A stretch of 64,000 nt of DNA from Lama glama (GCA_028534125.1 CM052816.1:11720001-11784000); one strand, 5' to 3'; positions 36,750 to 49,130 are shown, counted from the stretch's first letter. Translations and numbers: made by a program. The notes: a model not told the origin generated them from the letters alone.

Positions 36750-37160
36750 GTAACAACGTGGATGAACCTGGAAGACATTATGCTCAGTGAAGTAAGCCAG
36801 ACACAGACAGGAAAAAAAAAATCTTCATGATCTCACATACGTGTGGAACCTGAACAAAGCTTGGACACATAAAAGCAGAGAATAGAATGGTGGTTACCAG
36901 GTGGGGGAATTGGGAACGTGGTCAAATGCTACAAAGTTATGTAGGATGAGTAAGTCTAGAGACAATGTACAGCTAGGTGATGACAGTTATTAATACTGTA
37001 TTGACTACTGAAAATTTGCTAAGAGAGTAGCCTTAGGGTGTTATTACACACAAAAAGGGTAACTGTTTGAGGAGATGATAGTTAGCTCATCTGTGGTAAT
37101 CATTTCACTGTGAATATGTATATTACATCCTCACATTTCTACCTTAAACATATGAAACAT
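36750..37160 (+). mobile_element. L1MA-type 3' end
   Basis: ACAACGTGGATGAACCTGGAAGACATTATGCTCAGTGAAGTAAGCCAGACACAG..AAATTTGCTAAGAGAGTAG. Confidence 0.9.
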
Positions 37161-37169
37161 TTTTTTCTT

Positions 37170-37345
37170 TTAAAAAAAAAGATTTTAATGAAATATAGTC
37201 AGTTACAATGTGTCAATTTCTGGTGTACAGCATAATGTCTTAGTCATGCATATACATACATATATTCATTTTCATATTTTTTTCATTAAAGATTATTACA
37301 AGATATTGAATATAGTTCCCTGTGTTATACAGAATAAACTTGTTT
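37170..37345 (-). mobile_element. Short young L1 3' end, tail-to-tail with the L1MA
   Basis: GAAATATAGTCAGTTACAATGTGTCAATTTCTGGTGTACAGC..GAATATAGTTCCCTGTG. Confidence 0.88.
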
Positions 37346-37384
37346 AAAACTTTTATTAAAAAGGTAACAAAGAAAAGGGATCTG

Positions 37385-37570
37385 GAATTGGCCGAATCCA
37401 GTTTTGGGTTAGGCCACTCAATCACAGTCAACCTATGGCAAGTTATTTAACCTGCTAAGTCTGGGTTTCCTCATTTCCAAAGTGAACATGAAATAATACT
37501 CACACCCTGCTTGTGACAGTTGAGTGAGGTGACATAGCCTAGTGGTATAGAAAAATAAATATTCAGTGAC
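37385..37570 (+). mobile_element. MIR SINE
   Basis: GGCAAGTTATTTAACCTGCTAAGTCTGGGTTTCCTCATT. Confidence 0.7.
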
Positions 37571-37621
37571 TAATATTGTTAGAAGTAGTATTGATACTCA
37601 TATTAGAATTAGTATTGGTTC

Positions 37622-38157
37622 TGTTTTTTTCTTCTTTTTTAAATTGATGTATAGTCAGTTTGCAGTGTTGTCAGTTTCTGGTATACAGTGTAATGTTTCA
37701 GTCATACTCACACATACATATATTTGTTTTCAAAGTCTTTTTTAACATTTTTTATTGATTTATAATCATTTTACAATGTTGTGTCAAATTCCAGTGTTCA
37801 GCACAATTTTTCACTCATACATGGACATATACACACTCATTGTCACATTTTTTTCTCTGTGAGCTACCATAAGATTTTGTGTATATTTCCCTGTGCTATA
37901 CAGTATAACCTTGTTTATCTATTCTACAATTTTGAAATCCCAGTCTGGGATTTCAGAGTCTTTTTTGTTATGGTTTACTACAAGATACTGAATAGAGCTC
38001 CCTGTGCTATACAATATAAACTTGTTGTTTATCAATTTTATATACAGTAGTCAGTAACTGCAAATCTTAAACTCTCAATTTATCCCTTCCCACCCCCTTC
38101 CCACTAGTAACCATAAGTTTGTTTTCTATGGTATGTAAGTCTGTTTCTGTTTTGTAA
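37622..38157 (-). mobile_element. Young L1 3' end running into the assembly gap, with a second L1 nested inside
   Basis: ATTGATGTATAGTCAGTTTGC..; resumes GTTATGGTTTACTACAAGATAC..GTAACCATAAGTTTGTTTTCTATG. Confidence 0.88.
37738..37950 (-). mobile_element. Nested L1 3' end of a different subfamily, with TSD
   Basis: TTTTTAACATTTTTTATTGATTTATAATCATTTTACAATG..TTTGAAATCCCAGTCTG; TSD TTTCA(A/G)AGTC at 37728-37737 and 37951-37960. Confidence 0.85.
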
Positions 38158-38657
38158 NNNNNNNNNNNNNNNNNNNNNNNNNNNNNNNNNNNNNNNNNNN
38201 NNNNNNNNNNNNNNNNNNNNNNNNNNNNNNNNNNNNNNNNNNNNNNNNNNNNNNNNNNNNNNNNNNNNNNNNNNNNNNNNNNNNNNNNNNNNNNNNNNNN
38301 NNNNNNNNNNNNNNNNNNNNNNNNNNNNNNNNNNNNNNNNNNNNNNNNNNNNNNNNNNNNNNNNNNNNNNNNNNNNNNNNNNNNNNNNNNNNNNNNNNNN
38401 NNNNNNNNNNNNNNNNNNNNNNNNNNNNNNNNNNNNNNNNNNNNNNNNNNNNNNNNNNNNNNNNNNNNNNNNNNNNNNNNNNNNNNNNNNNNNNNNNNNN
38501 NNNNNNNNNNNNNNNNNNNNNNNNNNNNNNNNNNNNNNNNNNNNNNNNNNNNNNNNNNNNNNNNNNNNNNNNNNNNNNNNNNNNNNNNNNNNNNNNNNNN
38601 NNNNNNNNNNNNNNNNNNNNNNNNNNNNNNNNNNNNNNNNNNNNNNNNNNNNNNNNN
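38158..38657. other. Assembly gap (500 N)
   Basis: Run of exactly 500 N. Confidence 1.
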
Positions 38658-38829
38658 GAGCACACTAGTTCCACGAGAACAAAAGTATGTCGTGATCAAA
38701 TGAATTTAGAAAATGACTCTTACAGAACTGCAGTGCAAACCATCATGTTAAAATCTGTGAAGTCTCATGGTAAAGGAATTTTGTTTGGTTCCTTTTTTTG
38801 TACATTGATTTGGCCATGGAAACAGATAA

Positions 38830-39040
38830 TATTGAGACTTAGTACACAGGACTGGAAAACTTTTGGGTTCAAGCCCTGGCCCATTATACTTTTCACCTTT
38901 GTCAAGTTTTCTAACCTCTCCATGCCTTAATATTCTCATCTGTAAAATGGGAACAATCACAGTGTTTTCTTTGTAGGATATTTTGGGGATGAAATGCATG
39001 GAACATGACTGCTGTCTGGTAGATTTAATAGGTTTTGAGC
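38830..39040 (+). mobile_element. MIR SINE
   Basis: TGGGTTCAAGCCCTGGC..TAACCTCTCCATGCCTTAATATTCTCATCTGTAAAATGGG. Confidence 0.8.
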
Positions 39041-40619
39041 TCATTGTTATCACAACTATTCTTTTAAAAGTCTGAACACTGGTTTCATCTTATGTCTGTT
39101 TAGATGTGACCCAATTTTTTTTTCTCTCTTTATTTCATCACTGGTACGTACTTTTTTACTAACTGTGGCTTTAAATTGTGGAATTGGGTGAATGAGGTAG
39201 GGATGTATAGGAAAAGGAAAGAGGACCTCACGCTTATTTGAAGGATTAACCTGGATCATGGACTCTGGGGAGTAGAAAGTACCATATCAGTGAAATAGTG
39301 ATCATCTCTCTTATTGGCGCTTTCAAACACCAGGTGATGGGAGAGTTGGACTCTGTGATACGCATTTTGGTGAGGGGCCTCCTGCCACTGACCTCCCAGG
39401 TTTGGTGACCCCTCACCCTCCACCCTCTGTTGACTCCTCTCCCAGCCATTCTCTCTACTGCTTTTAAGAGCAACTGCCAGAGGCAAGGAAATTAAAGCTC
39501 ATTTTGAACAAGTATGTACAATGTGAGTCATATCTGCCCTTCTTTCAGTGAAAGATCAAAATGGGTTTTGGGCTCCCAGTAGTAGTAAGCCTGTCTCTCA
39601 GATAGCTCTCATTTATTTGAAGTCCTCATTAATGGTATCTACAGATATGGCAGAAGTAAAACTTCTAGGGATCAAAAGCTAGGCAGTCATTAATTTGCTT
39701 CTTTGTGTAACCGTTAGAGAGCCCAGGCATGGCTCCTGGTGACCCGCTGATTATTGTTAATTAATTAACTCATTCATGTGCTCATTAACTGATTATATGT
39801 ATACTGAGTGGTGGCTAAGTATTAGATGTGCTAAGCTCTGTGAAAGCAAACGAGATGATTGAGGCTTGGTTTCTGCCCTGGAAAACCTCAAAATTCAGTT
39901 GGAAGGAAAATGTATGTGCACAGATAACTTTAATTCAAGGTAATTTTCCAAATGTGAAATAGATCCATGTCAGGATAAAGTTTATTAACCTGGCAGTGGT
40001 TATAACACCTCCCCTTTCGTGTAGCTTCCTGTTATGTCTACCTTAATTTCCCTCCTTCTGTCCCCTGAAGAGTGCCTGCCTCTGCCAGATGATTCCTAGG
40101 GATGTGTGTGTGTGAGAGAGAGAGCGAGAGTGGCGGAGGGGGAGGGAAATAGGAAATAAGGAGCTGGGATAAGTAGATTCTTCCTTTTGTAGAAGGTGTC
40201 CAGTGTTGGAGGACTCCATGGAATTAGCATACGAGAGAAGAATTATTTTGCCTGTGGGAGCCATGTTTTTCACATAGCACCACTCTGAACGGAACCACAT
40301 GGGTCATGGCCTTCAGCAGGTTTAGACCTGGAGTCTCAGAGGAGTTCAGAGAAGATAGAGTCGCTCTGGTAGGGGTGGCCAGAAAACGTTATGGAGGTGA
40401 TGACTTTTGAATTGGGCTGGAAAGAATGGATGCACTGTGTTAAATGGTGGAAGAGTCTGTGGAGAGACTGTGTTGTGGGCAGGGGGCACTTTTTAAGGAA
40501 GTAGCAGAGTGGAGCAAAGTCTTTTGGAGGCATTGTTGCAAGTAGTCTGGGTTTTATAGGCAGTGATGGAATTAGACCAGAAGAGGTGGTTGAGGTCAGA
40601 AACCAGTGAACCAGCTTCT

Positions 40620-41175
40620 AACAGGACATATTGAGACTGATTTTTGTCTCAATATGCCCTTCAGATGAATTGGTGGTGGGGTGGCCTGGGCTATTTGTTT
40701 AGCTTTTTGTGTTTGTGGGAAAGAGACAAACCCAGCATAAGGGAGATTCTCTTTCCCCTACTGTGATTGGGTCTGTTGGCAGGGTAATTCCAGGGAACCA
40801 CTTTCTACTGAAGTTTTAAGGAGGTAGATCCCCCCCTCTTGCCTTTGTAGAGTCTTTATACAGGCATGTCATCTATGCTCTGGCACCTGGAGTGTTGTAA
40901 TTTGAGTGAATGACCCACGGACAACAGGGCGTGTTGGAGATGATTTATTACTGCAGCAGCAGTGAAATTCATATCATCTTGTAGCTGTTCTAGCTACAAG
41001 GCAGTTGTCATCCTCATTGGACATCCAGGCTTAATGGTCTCTGCTTCTTTTGAAACCTAGCACCCCCACCACTCTTTCCTTTCTCTCCTGCTCTGGTAAC
41101 TTTCCAATAAATCCTATTTATCTTCAGTTATTTAAAATAGATCTCTGTTACTTGCAACTAAGAACTTCAAGGATG
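40620..41175 (+). mobile_element. Old MaLR (MLT1-type) LTR
   Basis: CTGTGATTGGGTCTG; 3' end TTTCCAATAAATCCTATTT..CTCTGTTACTTGCAACTAAGAAC. Confidence 0.55.
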
Positions 41176-41929
41176 CTTGTACCCAAAGTTCTCGGTCATC
41201 ATCCTGTGAGTAGAGCAATATCAGGTCAAACACATGCTCTGAAAGATGCCCTTACAGAGCTCAGGATGTTGACAAGATCTCAGAGCATTCTACCTTTCGC
41301 AGCTGTTTTTGCCGGGTCCTTGAGAAGATGCTTGCTGCATAACCTCCTCGGAAGCAAGGGCAGGATAATTACCATGCCTTTCCAGATAACAGTTTGGGAA
41401 CTCCTGGGAGGTTAAGAGATGAGCCGCAAACACCGGAGCCAGTCAGTTCTTAATCCAAGATAACAATCGAGTATCTGGCTTATAGGTCTGTGTGCAGAAA
41501 GTTCAACCTCCAGAATTTTACATTTGTTGGTGGAGTAAGAGTGCAAAGCCCTTGGTTATGTGTCTTTGAAGGAATTAATCTTCTCCAGTCTGAAGAAAGT
41601 GGCAGGGGATCTGCCTGGGATTGGTCTGTGATGTCCTTTGGTTGCAGGGTTAGAAGTTCACGCAAGCTCTCTTTAGCAGGTTTGCTTTTCCTATAACCCA
41701 GAAGATGCCTGATGATCCCTTACATCTGTCACTAATTCTTCTCCTGCTGAGCATTGTGACCTCAGCTTCCCTCAGGCCCTGCAGACAGCTCAGGACACAG
41801 AAGGAAAAAAAACGAATGACAACTTTCCTTTGGCTGATTCAGTGAAGGTGCCTGACCCCTAGCCCCACCCAACCCTGATCACAGGGGTGCCAGCTGTCTT
41901 CAGAGCACAGTGAGAATTTCTTATTCTTT

Positions 41930-42425
41930 ATTAACTAATACTTATCAATATTTCTTTCCTGATAGCAAAGGAATCATATTCATTTTCTGAGAAATTGTCA
42001 ATTTCAGAAAAGCATGCAGAAGAAAATCACTGATAATTCTGCCACTCAGAAATAACCATTTGTGATATCCTTGTAGTCTTGTCTCCTACACATAAGGAAA
42101 TGTAAACACAGTTATATACACACACCATATATATATATACATATATATGTACATATATGCATATGTATACATACATATATATATAAAACATACAATTTCC
42201 ATAGAAATCTATTTAATTTCCTTTTACTCAACATCATACTAGGAACATTCCTTCATGATTTTCAAAGGCTGTGTATTATTTTAATCATGTGGACACACCA
42301 TACTCCTATTTGACATATGCCATATTGTTAAACATTAGGTCGCTCTTTTGGCTACATACATAATATTGCTCTGCCTTGATTGTGGTTCACTGAGATAAAT
42401 TTTTAGAAGTAGAACTGCTGGGTCC
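41930..42425 (-). mobile_element. L1ME-like 3' end with internal (TA/CA)n repeat (42113-42185)
   Basis: AGAAAAGCATGCAGAAGAAAATCAC..CCACTCAGAAATAACCA; TAAATTTTTAGAAGTAGAACTGCTGGGTC. Confidence 0.65.
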
Positions 42426-42510
42426 TGTAGAAGATGCTCGAGGACTGGATTTAGCTTTCTAAAACTGGGCTCCTTGGTCTTCTATTAAAATTGCTTTGCA
42501 GTTGAACAAG

Positions 42511-42835
42511 TGTCCTAGTTTGGGCTGCTATGGCAGTATACTGCAGACTGGGTAGTTTATAAATAAGAGATATGTATTTCTTCCAGTTATAGAGGCTGGA
42601 AATCTGAGATCAGAGTGGCAGCAGAGTGGGGTGGAGGTCTCTTCTGGGTTGCAGATGTCTTCTGCTATCCTCACATTAGTGGAAGGGATGATCTGGCTCT
42701 CTGGAGAGTTCTTTCACAAGAGTACCAGTCCCATTCATAAAGGCTCTTCCCTGATGCCCAAACCCAATACCTAATAATACCATCACCTTGGGAATTATGT
42801 GTTTGGGGGTGATCACAAATATTCAGACCACAGCA
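42511..42835 (-). mobile_element. MLT1A-type MaLR solo LTR with 5-bp TSD
   Basis: TG...CA termini (TGTCCTAGTTTGGGCTGCTAT ... ATTCAGACCACAGCA); TSD ACAAG at 42506-42510 and 42836-42840. Confidence 0.9.
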
Positions 42836-43499
42836 ACAAGTTACCCCAAGAAGGGGTGGAATAGCATGAGAAAGTTCTTAGCTATAGAGAATGCACAGTT
42901 GCATTATGAAGAGTTGACTTAAACTTAGGGACTTAGAGAGTTAGCGGTGGTGTCCAATAGAGGGAGGTTTCAGGTCCTGATTTAGGCAATAGGAAGTGTT
43001 AGTAAAGGTCAGGTGTAGACAAACAGAACACAGGATCCAGGCCTGATCAAGGCCCACACTTCTAAGCAGGGACCTTCTACAGATTCCTTAGGAGAAGGTT
43101 ATGACTGTCCTCAATTCTTTGACAACAGTAATAACCATCTTGATCTACGTCCAGCTGCCCAAAGCATCCACCCAGATGTGTGCTCTAGCATTTGGCTCAC
43201 TTGCTAAGCTTCTTCCCATTAACTATACAATCTCTGCATATAAATAAACTCCAGAATATTTCAGCCATCTGTTGTGCTGGTGGCTCTTGGGAACATGGCA
43301 ATCCCGGAAACTGCCTGAATGAGCACAAGCAGCTTTGTGACCCTGTGGGTCCATGGCCATTTGAAATTTCCACTTATCTGTCTATGGGCTGGTGTGTGAG
43401 TATTTCTGTCTACCTGAATGGAATCCCCAAAATGTAACATCCCTAAGTGACTGCTGGAGAATACTTAAAGCACTGTGATCATTGTTCTCTTTATAATGT

Positions 43500-44040
43500 C
43501 TGTCTTACTACGGATTTCCTCAGAGACAAAGTTTCAAATGCTGGTCATTTATTGAAAGATGGAAGGGAAATAGGTATGTGAGGGGAAAGTGATATTGGGA
43601 AGGGAAGGCAGCCAATAGAGAGTATGCTTTTAGTCCAGAAGCACAATGGATGACTGGGGCATAATCCCCTGGGGGACACTGCAACTTGATGCTAAGTGCC
43701 TACCTCAGAATTATCCTGGTGTGAAAAGCAGTCCCTAGATGGGAACAGACATGCAAGGTTTATTGGGGAAAACATATATGAATGGATCAAGGGAGAGTGA
43801 GCAGAAGTTGGAGGGGAGAACTTTCGGACCAAATGGATGGTTTGACACTTGGGAAAGGAGAGAGGGAAGGAGGACTTGGCAGGAAGAGCCTCAGACCACA
43901 GCACAGTCATGAGAAAAATCTCAGCCAGGCTAATAGACAGTTCCCAAGCAGAGTAGCCCATTCAGGCAGGAGTGGGCTCACACTGGCACTTCGACTGTGC
44001 CCCGCCATGGGCTGGGAGCAGTCCAGGCAAAGACTGATCT
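43500..44040 (-). mobile_element. ERVL LTR fragments (LTR16-like, probably two pieces joined near 43718)
   Basis: GGGAAGGGAAGGCAGCCAATAG; GGAAGAGCCTCAGACCACAGCACAG; GGCTGGGAGCAG. Confidence 0.6.
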
Positions 44041-44059
44041 TGACTGGGGACGTAGCTTT

Positions 44060-44495
44060 CTTCCCATCTTCCCTGGCCACTCCCTCTCATTTTCTTTTAT
44101 TGGCTTATCGTTCTCTTCCTGATCTCTAAGTCTTAGAGTTCCCAGGCAGCCTCTTCCCTTTTCTTATGTACTCACCAAGTTCCTTGCTAACGTCAGAGCT
44201 TTTAATCATTTATATGCTCATGGCTTCCAAGTTTATATCTCCAGCCCAGATCTTGCTTCTGAGCTCTCCACTCACAGATCTAGCTGCCTATTTGGATGTC
44301 TAATAGGCACCCCCAAATTATAAAGTCCAAAAGAGAGCCCAAACAACTCAACTTTGTATATGGCCCTTATTTTAATTCTTTCTCCTCTGCCTGAATGTAT
44401 GCTTCAATAAAGACAGAGACTTTGCCTCTGTCTTACCCATGCTTCATCCCCAAGAATAGCACATACTAGTTTCTATATATTTTTTAATGAATAAA
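44060..44495 (+). mobile_element. L2 fragment with 3' end
   Basis: TTTATATCTCCAGCCCAGATCT..TTGGATGTCTAATAGGCAC; ends TTTTAATGAATAAA. Confidence 0.8.
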
Positions 44496-44993
44496 GGATA
44501 TTCCTTGACCTTTGGGGCAGGCAGACTTTGGTAAGATTGATCAGTCTGGGCTAAAGCTGTGCCTGAAACAACCCAGCATTATCTAAGGGGCACATAGTAA
44601 TTGAATCCCTGACTCACTCTCTTGAGCTAAGCTAATGGGCCTAGACAATTTTTGCTCAGTGAGGAAGAGTGATGAGTTGGTTCAAAACGCAGAGACAGTA
44701 AAGGTTTTAGAGCTTTAAAGAACACACGCTGCCCTAAAAGAGATAATGAACCCACCATCCTAGCAGAAGAACATCCACTGAGCACAATTAAACCTAACAC
44801 TATTAGTGCATTGTGTTAAGTGTCTGATATAAATCATTGCACAAAATTGTCACAACAGCCATATGAAAGATATGCTAATATGCTAATAGTTTTACAGTTG
44901 AGGAAAGAAAGGTTCTGAGCACTTAGGAATATTTCTTAAATGAAAGGATATGGGATTCAAATCTAGATTTATCGAATTCTAGATTTCTCCCTT

Positions 44994-45020
44994 CCTCTCT
45001 CTCTCTCTCTTTCTCTCTCT
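44994..45020. repeat. (TC)n microsatellite
   Basis: Short CT dinucleotide run. Confidence 0.85.
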
Positions 45021-45039
45021 TTCTTGTTACTGCTGTCTT

Positions 45040-45640
45040 CTAAGATGTGAGTGAAAATTCAGGAGACTAATAACATTTGTAAGCTCTGAAAGTAAGACCA
45101 GATCTATCCTTGATGAAATAGTTTCTCTGAGTGGAGTTGAAAAAAGTTCAGCATTTAGGGTTTTAAAGCAAGATGAGATCAAGTGAAAATGTGGGTCTTG
45201 GAGCAGTTCTGTGTTGGGAGAAGGGCTTGGAGGGACCGAGTGTGGAGTCCAGTGCCCTGCTGCCTCAATGATCCCGTCTGAAATAGATGTTACAGCAGAG
45301 TCTGTTGATGCTCCATTCATGCCCTCTGGGTCCCTGCGCCTTCTCATGCACACCAGCCTGTTCCCAGTGTCCAGACTGCCAGAAAAAGGGACAGAGCTGT
45401 TGCCGAGTGCCTGATGATGGAGACACTGATAGGCGCTGTCCATGGTGCACAGAGGCCAAGTTAGTTGAGAGGTGAGAAATTCTCACTGAATTTAGCAGCA
45501 TGGTGATTTTTGTTGGCCCGGAGAAGTGCAGTTTTGGTTGAGCAGTGGAGGCAAGAAAAATTATTACAGTGAGTTAGTGAGAATGAGAGGAAAGAAAAGA
45601 CATGGGAGATAGACAACTTCTCAGAAAGATTTGATAGGGA
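45040..45640 (-). mobile_element. L2 fragment (degenerate, possibly with an internal insertion)
   Basis: CTCACTGAATTTAGCAGCATGG..GTGCAGTTTTGGTTGAGCAGTGGAGGCAAGA..TAGACAACT. Confidence 0.6.
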
Positions 45641-46459
45641 CCTTCACCACCTCAAAAAACCCAACTCAAATCACATGTTTTTCTAATAGCAGAGAAGTAT
45701 TGTCATCGGCACACTTAGTCTTAGAAGATCAGAGAGGAACAGTTTGGTGACAGCTGAACTAGGAATCATGAAACTGTGTGCAGGCCTACTTTAAAATCAG
45801 ACTAGGTGTAGGGCTCTGAGCATCATTTCCCATTTTCTCTTATCTCTGTGTACCACTATGATCTTTCCAGTGAGAGCCATCTGTGATTTAGTTATTTTCC
45901 TGTAGAACTTAATTTGAATTTTCTCCTCTGCCTGAATGTAAGCTTCAATAAAGACAGAGACTCCTCATTTTTTTCTTTAGTTCTCATGGTACCTAATAGT
46001 TGTCCATATATTGCCAATATCTTTAATAAAATATTTTTGAAATATTCTGTTCTCTTTTAGTATTTTACCTGCTCACAAAATTATTTCTGCAATGGCTGTA
46101 GAGTTCTTGATGAGCCAACTCCCTTGTTCCCTTTGGATATGACCTGTCAGTTATCATTAAGTGATGCATATCATCTTGTCAAAATGTTACATCTATGGGA
46201 TGGCTTCTCATTTAACCCACCATTAGCTAATTATGATATAAATGTTGGCATTGATACTAAAGTTGAAATTTATCATATATTTTTGTCAGTTAGAAAATCT
46301 GCCAGTATCTGAAAAATATTCCAAAGAAAGTCTTTTTAAAGGCTGCATACTGTTTGGTGTCTGTTTAGTGTCTGTTTTCCTACTCTTTATTGTGTACAGA
46401 TATTTGAAAAACTTGATCAGTGTCATGTTTATTTTAAAATAAACTTTTCCCCCCTAAGC

Positions 46460-46670
46460 ATAATATGAAGCAGAGTCTTTGGACAAGGACGCACCTAATT
46501 TTCAGTCTTGATTCTGCCATCTGCTTGTGTTAGGACCTTCCACTAGTTACTAGGCATCTTTAAACCTGACTTTCCTTTTCTGTAAAACAAGAGATTCTGA
46601 GTCTTGTGAGGAATAAACAAGATACTTTTATAAAACGTTAAGCACAGGGTGCAAAACTAAGTAAATGTTT
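46460..46670 (+). mobile_element. MIR SINE
   Basis: TTTCCTTTTCTGTAAAA..TTGTGAGGAATAAACAAGAT. Confidence 0.6.
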
Positions 46671-46689
46671 AGGAATTCGTTACTTAGCA

Positions 46690-47530
46690 ACTTACTAAGT
46701 TTTAAGGGTGAAAAAATGTTATGACATGGTATCTAGCCTCAAGGAACTTATACTCCAGTGAAGACATTTGACAGAGAGCACAAGGGAATTTATAAGAGCC
46801 ATTTAGACACATAAAACCTGACAGCTGTGGGGATGCGAAGAGGGAAGGGGTACTTTCAATGTGGGATGTTAGGAAAGGCTTCATGGTGAATATGATGTTC
46901 ATGGGAGAGAGTGAGTATTTTGTCTGGTGGGGAAGGAGGATCAGGAGAGAAGTGGAGCGGAGAGAGAAGAGAAAGCAAGGCGAGGCCTTCCAGACAGAGC
47001 AGCTGGAACAAGCAATGGTAAATAGTTCCCCACAGCTGGAGCCGAGAGTGAGGGGTGCAGTGAACTGGGAGGTGAGCATGGCAGATGTTTTGGGGATAGA
47101 GGTATGAAGATCATGGGGAATTTTAAAAGCCACATTACAGGGTTTGAACTTTTTATAAGCCATGGTAGAAACCAAGTTTTAGGCAACAATCACATGATCA
47201 GGACACTGAAATGATAACGTTGGAGGATGCAGGGGAGAGTAGAAATCCCAAGTTTGGTTGGTGGTCTATAAAAAAGCAGTTCAGATGAGCCATAGTGAAA
47301 AAACTGAGGATTTTTTTTTAATTGAAATATAGTCAATTACATTGTGTCAATTTCCGGTGTACAGTGCAGTGTCCCAGTCATGCATATATTTTGAGTTAAA
47401 GGAAGGGCAGACATAGAGATATTTTAGAGGTAGGTCTAAAAGGATCTGGTGACCATCTGGACATGGGCAGTGAGGGAGAGGGAAGTATTGAAGTTGATAT
47501 CAAGGTTTCAAGATATGAGAGATGCTGGAG
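46690..47530 (-). mobile_element. L2 fragment containing a tiny L1 3' end (about 47310-47390)
   Basis: GCCTCAAGGAACTTATACTCCAG; TTAGGAAAGGCTTCATGG; AGTGAGGGAGAGGGAAG..CAAGGTTTC. Confidence 0.75.
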
Positions 47531-47559
47531 GAGTTTTGAAGACGCGTGTTGGTAAACTA

Positions 47560-47912
47560 GGGGCTGAAAGCCCTCATGTCTTTAAGGAGCAGACAGGTAA
47601 GGGGAATGAATGAAGTAGGCTAGATTGGGAATATGACAGGGAGCGGTGGGGACTGTGGAAAGTGCCTTGTCTGCTATAGGAAGCAGTCTCTACTCAGTTT
47701 TGACTAGTTACTACCAGGGAGGAATTTATGTCTAAAAGTATCAGATCTTTCAATTTTCAAGAGAAACTAAAATTCCAAAATGCAAAGTAATTTCTCCTGA
47801 TTTATATCTTCAGATTTCATTAACAAAACAAAACAAAACACAACAGCAAACACTGTGTGGGTCAAACGAGGGTGCGAGTTGAAAACTTAGGATGCATTTG
47901 TAATTTTCCTGA
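47560..47912. mobile_element. MER102-like hAT-Charlie element
   Basis: CAGGTAAGGGGAATGAATGAAG..GGTGGGGACTGTGG..CAGATCTTTCAATTTTCAAGAGAA..AAACACTGTGTGGGTCAAAC. Confidence 0.75.
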
Positions 47913-48989
47913 TGGCCTGATATTCTCATCCATACATCTGCTTAAATTACTGTGTATGTTTCCATTTAACATTTACATGCACTTTCCCAATTGCTTTAGG
48001 GTGAATATTATACATACTTACTGATTTCTGTTAGTATGTATCTTAAACAAATGGTCCATTTGTATCTGTTTCCCTAACAGTTTCTTTTGTGAGATATGAG
48101 TTTCAACACATCCTAAGAAGTGATCAGTACACCCAAAACATGGTCTCTGAAATAAATGGGTAGTTTTTCAGATTGTGGGATACATGTGCATGTATGTGTG
48201 TTCATGCGTGATTTATGTAGCTTCAAGGGAAAGAGTAGACAGTTGCATGTTTGAATAGACTGAACTTCTGGAGCTTGAAGTGTAAGGGCACAGAGGAGGA
48301 AATTTTAAAAGTCTAGGTAAGAGCACAAAGAAAGGAGCAAGATCCTGTAAAAGGACTTTAAACTGGATATTAACAAGCTAGTTTTTCAACCCAACCTGTA
48401 AAAAACCCCGTATTTTCTGAATAGGGTGTGATGATAGCTCAATTGACATTATTTTAACTGACATCTTTTAAAAAAAATACTGAGAGGAAAAAAATGCATT
48501 GGTGTAAGGTAGAATGGAGGCATCATGTACAAAAATTCAATCTTTCAATATAAGCATCCACATCCAATCTGTATAAAATTGTTCTTTACAGGGCAATCTT
48601 TGATGTCACTGAAATCATGGAAATTTTTTTTGGTGAATATGTAATTTGTTAATAAGGTTTTGAAAAAATGAAAGTATGTGCCTCATTACTGAGTGAAAGC
48701 TAATGGCAGAGAGCAGGGTCTTAGACATAATTCTGAAGGTAAAATGAATCAATTAATTTTCCTCCCAATCATTTCATCTTCCCAGTGTGCTATTCATCTC
48801 ACAGCTGGTTGCCTGGTAACCTGATGATTGTCAGGGACAGTCATGGCTTGCCCACATTGAGGGTGCAGGTGACTGTGCATGTGATTGCTGTTCTCTTTCA
48901 GGCTGAGTAGGCAGTAATGGGTGGCTCTCTGATCAAAGAGGAAGGAATTTGTTAGTGCAGGGAAAGAATGCTGGACATCAGATGATGAT

Positions 48990-49130
48990 CCTGCCTCTAC
49001 CACGTACAGGCTTTGGCTCTTAGGAAACTTATTTGACCTCAGGCAGCCTCAGTTTCCTCAACTGTACAATGGAGATAACTTTAGTTCCTACTTTTCAAAG
49101 TTGTCATGAATCTTACAGGAGATCATGCAT
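48990..49130 (+). mobile_element. MIR SINE
   Basis: GCCTCAGTTTCCTCAACTGTACAATGGAGATAA. Confidence 0.8.

Noticed and set aside
38067..38699. The two longest ORFs in the track (210 and 182 aa)
   Set aside because: Artefacts of reading through the 500-N gap.
45027..45443. 138-aa ORF with overlapping ORFs on both strands
   Set aside because: Overlaps degenerate repeat sequence; no similarity to any protein I recognise.
46702..47175. 157-aa ORF
   Set aside because: Lies within decayed L2 sequence; no recognisable domain or splice context.
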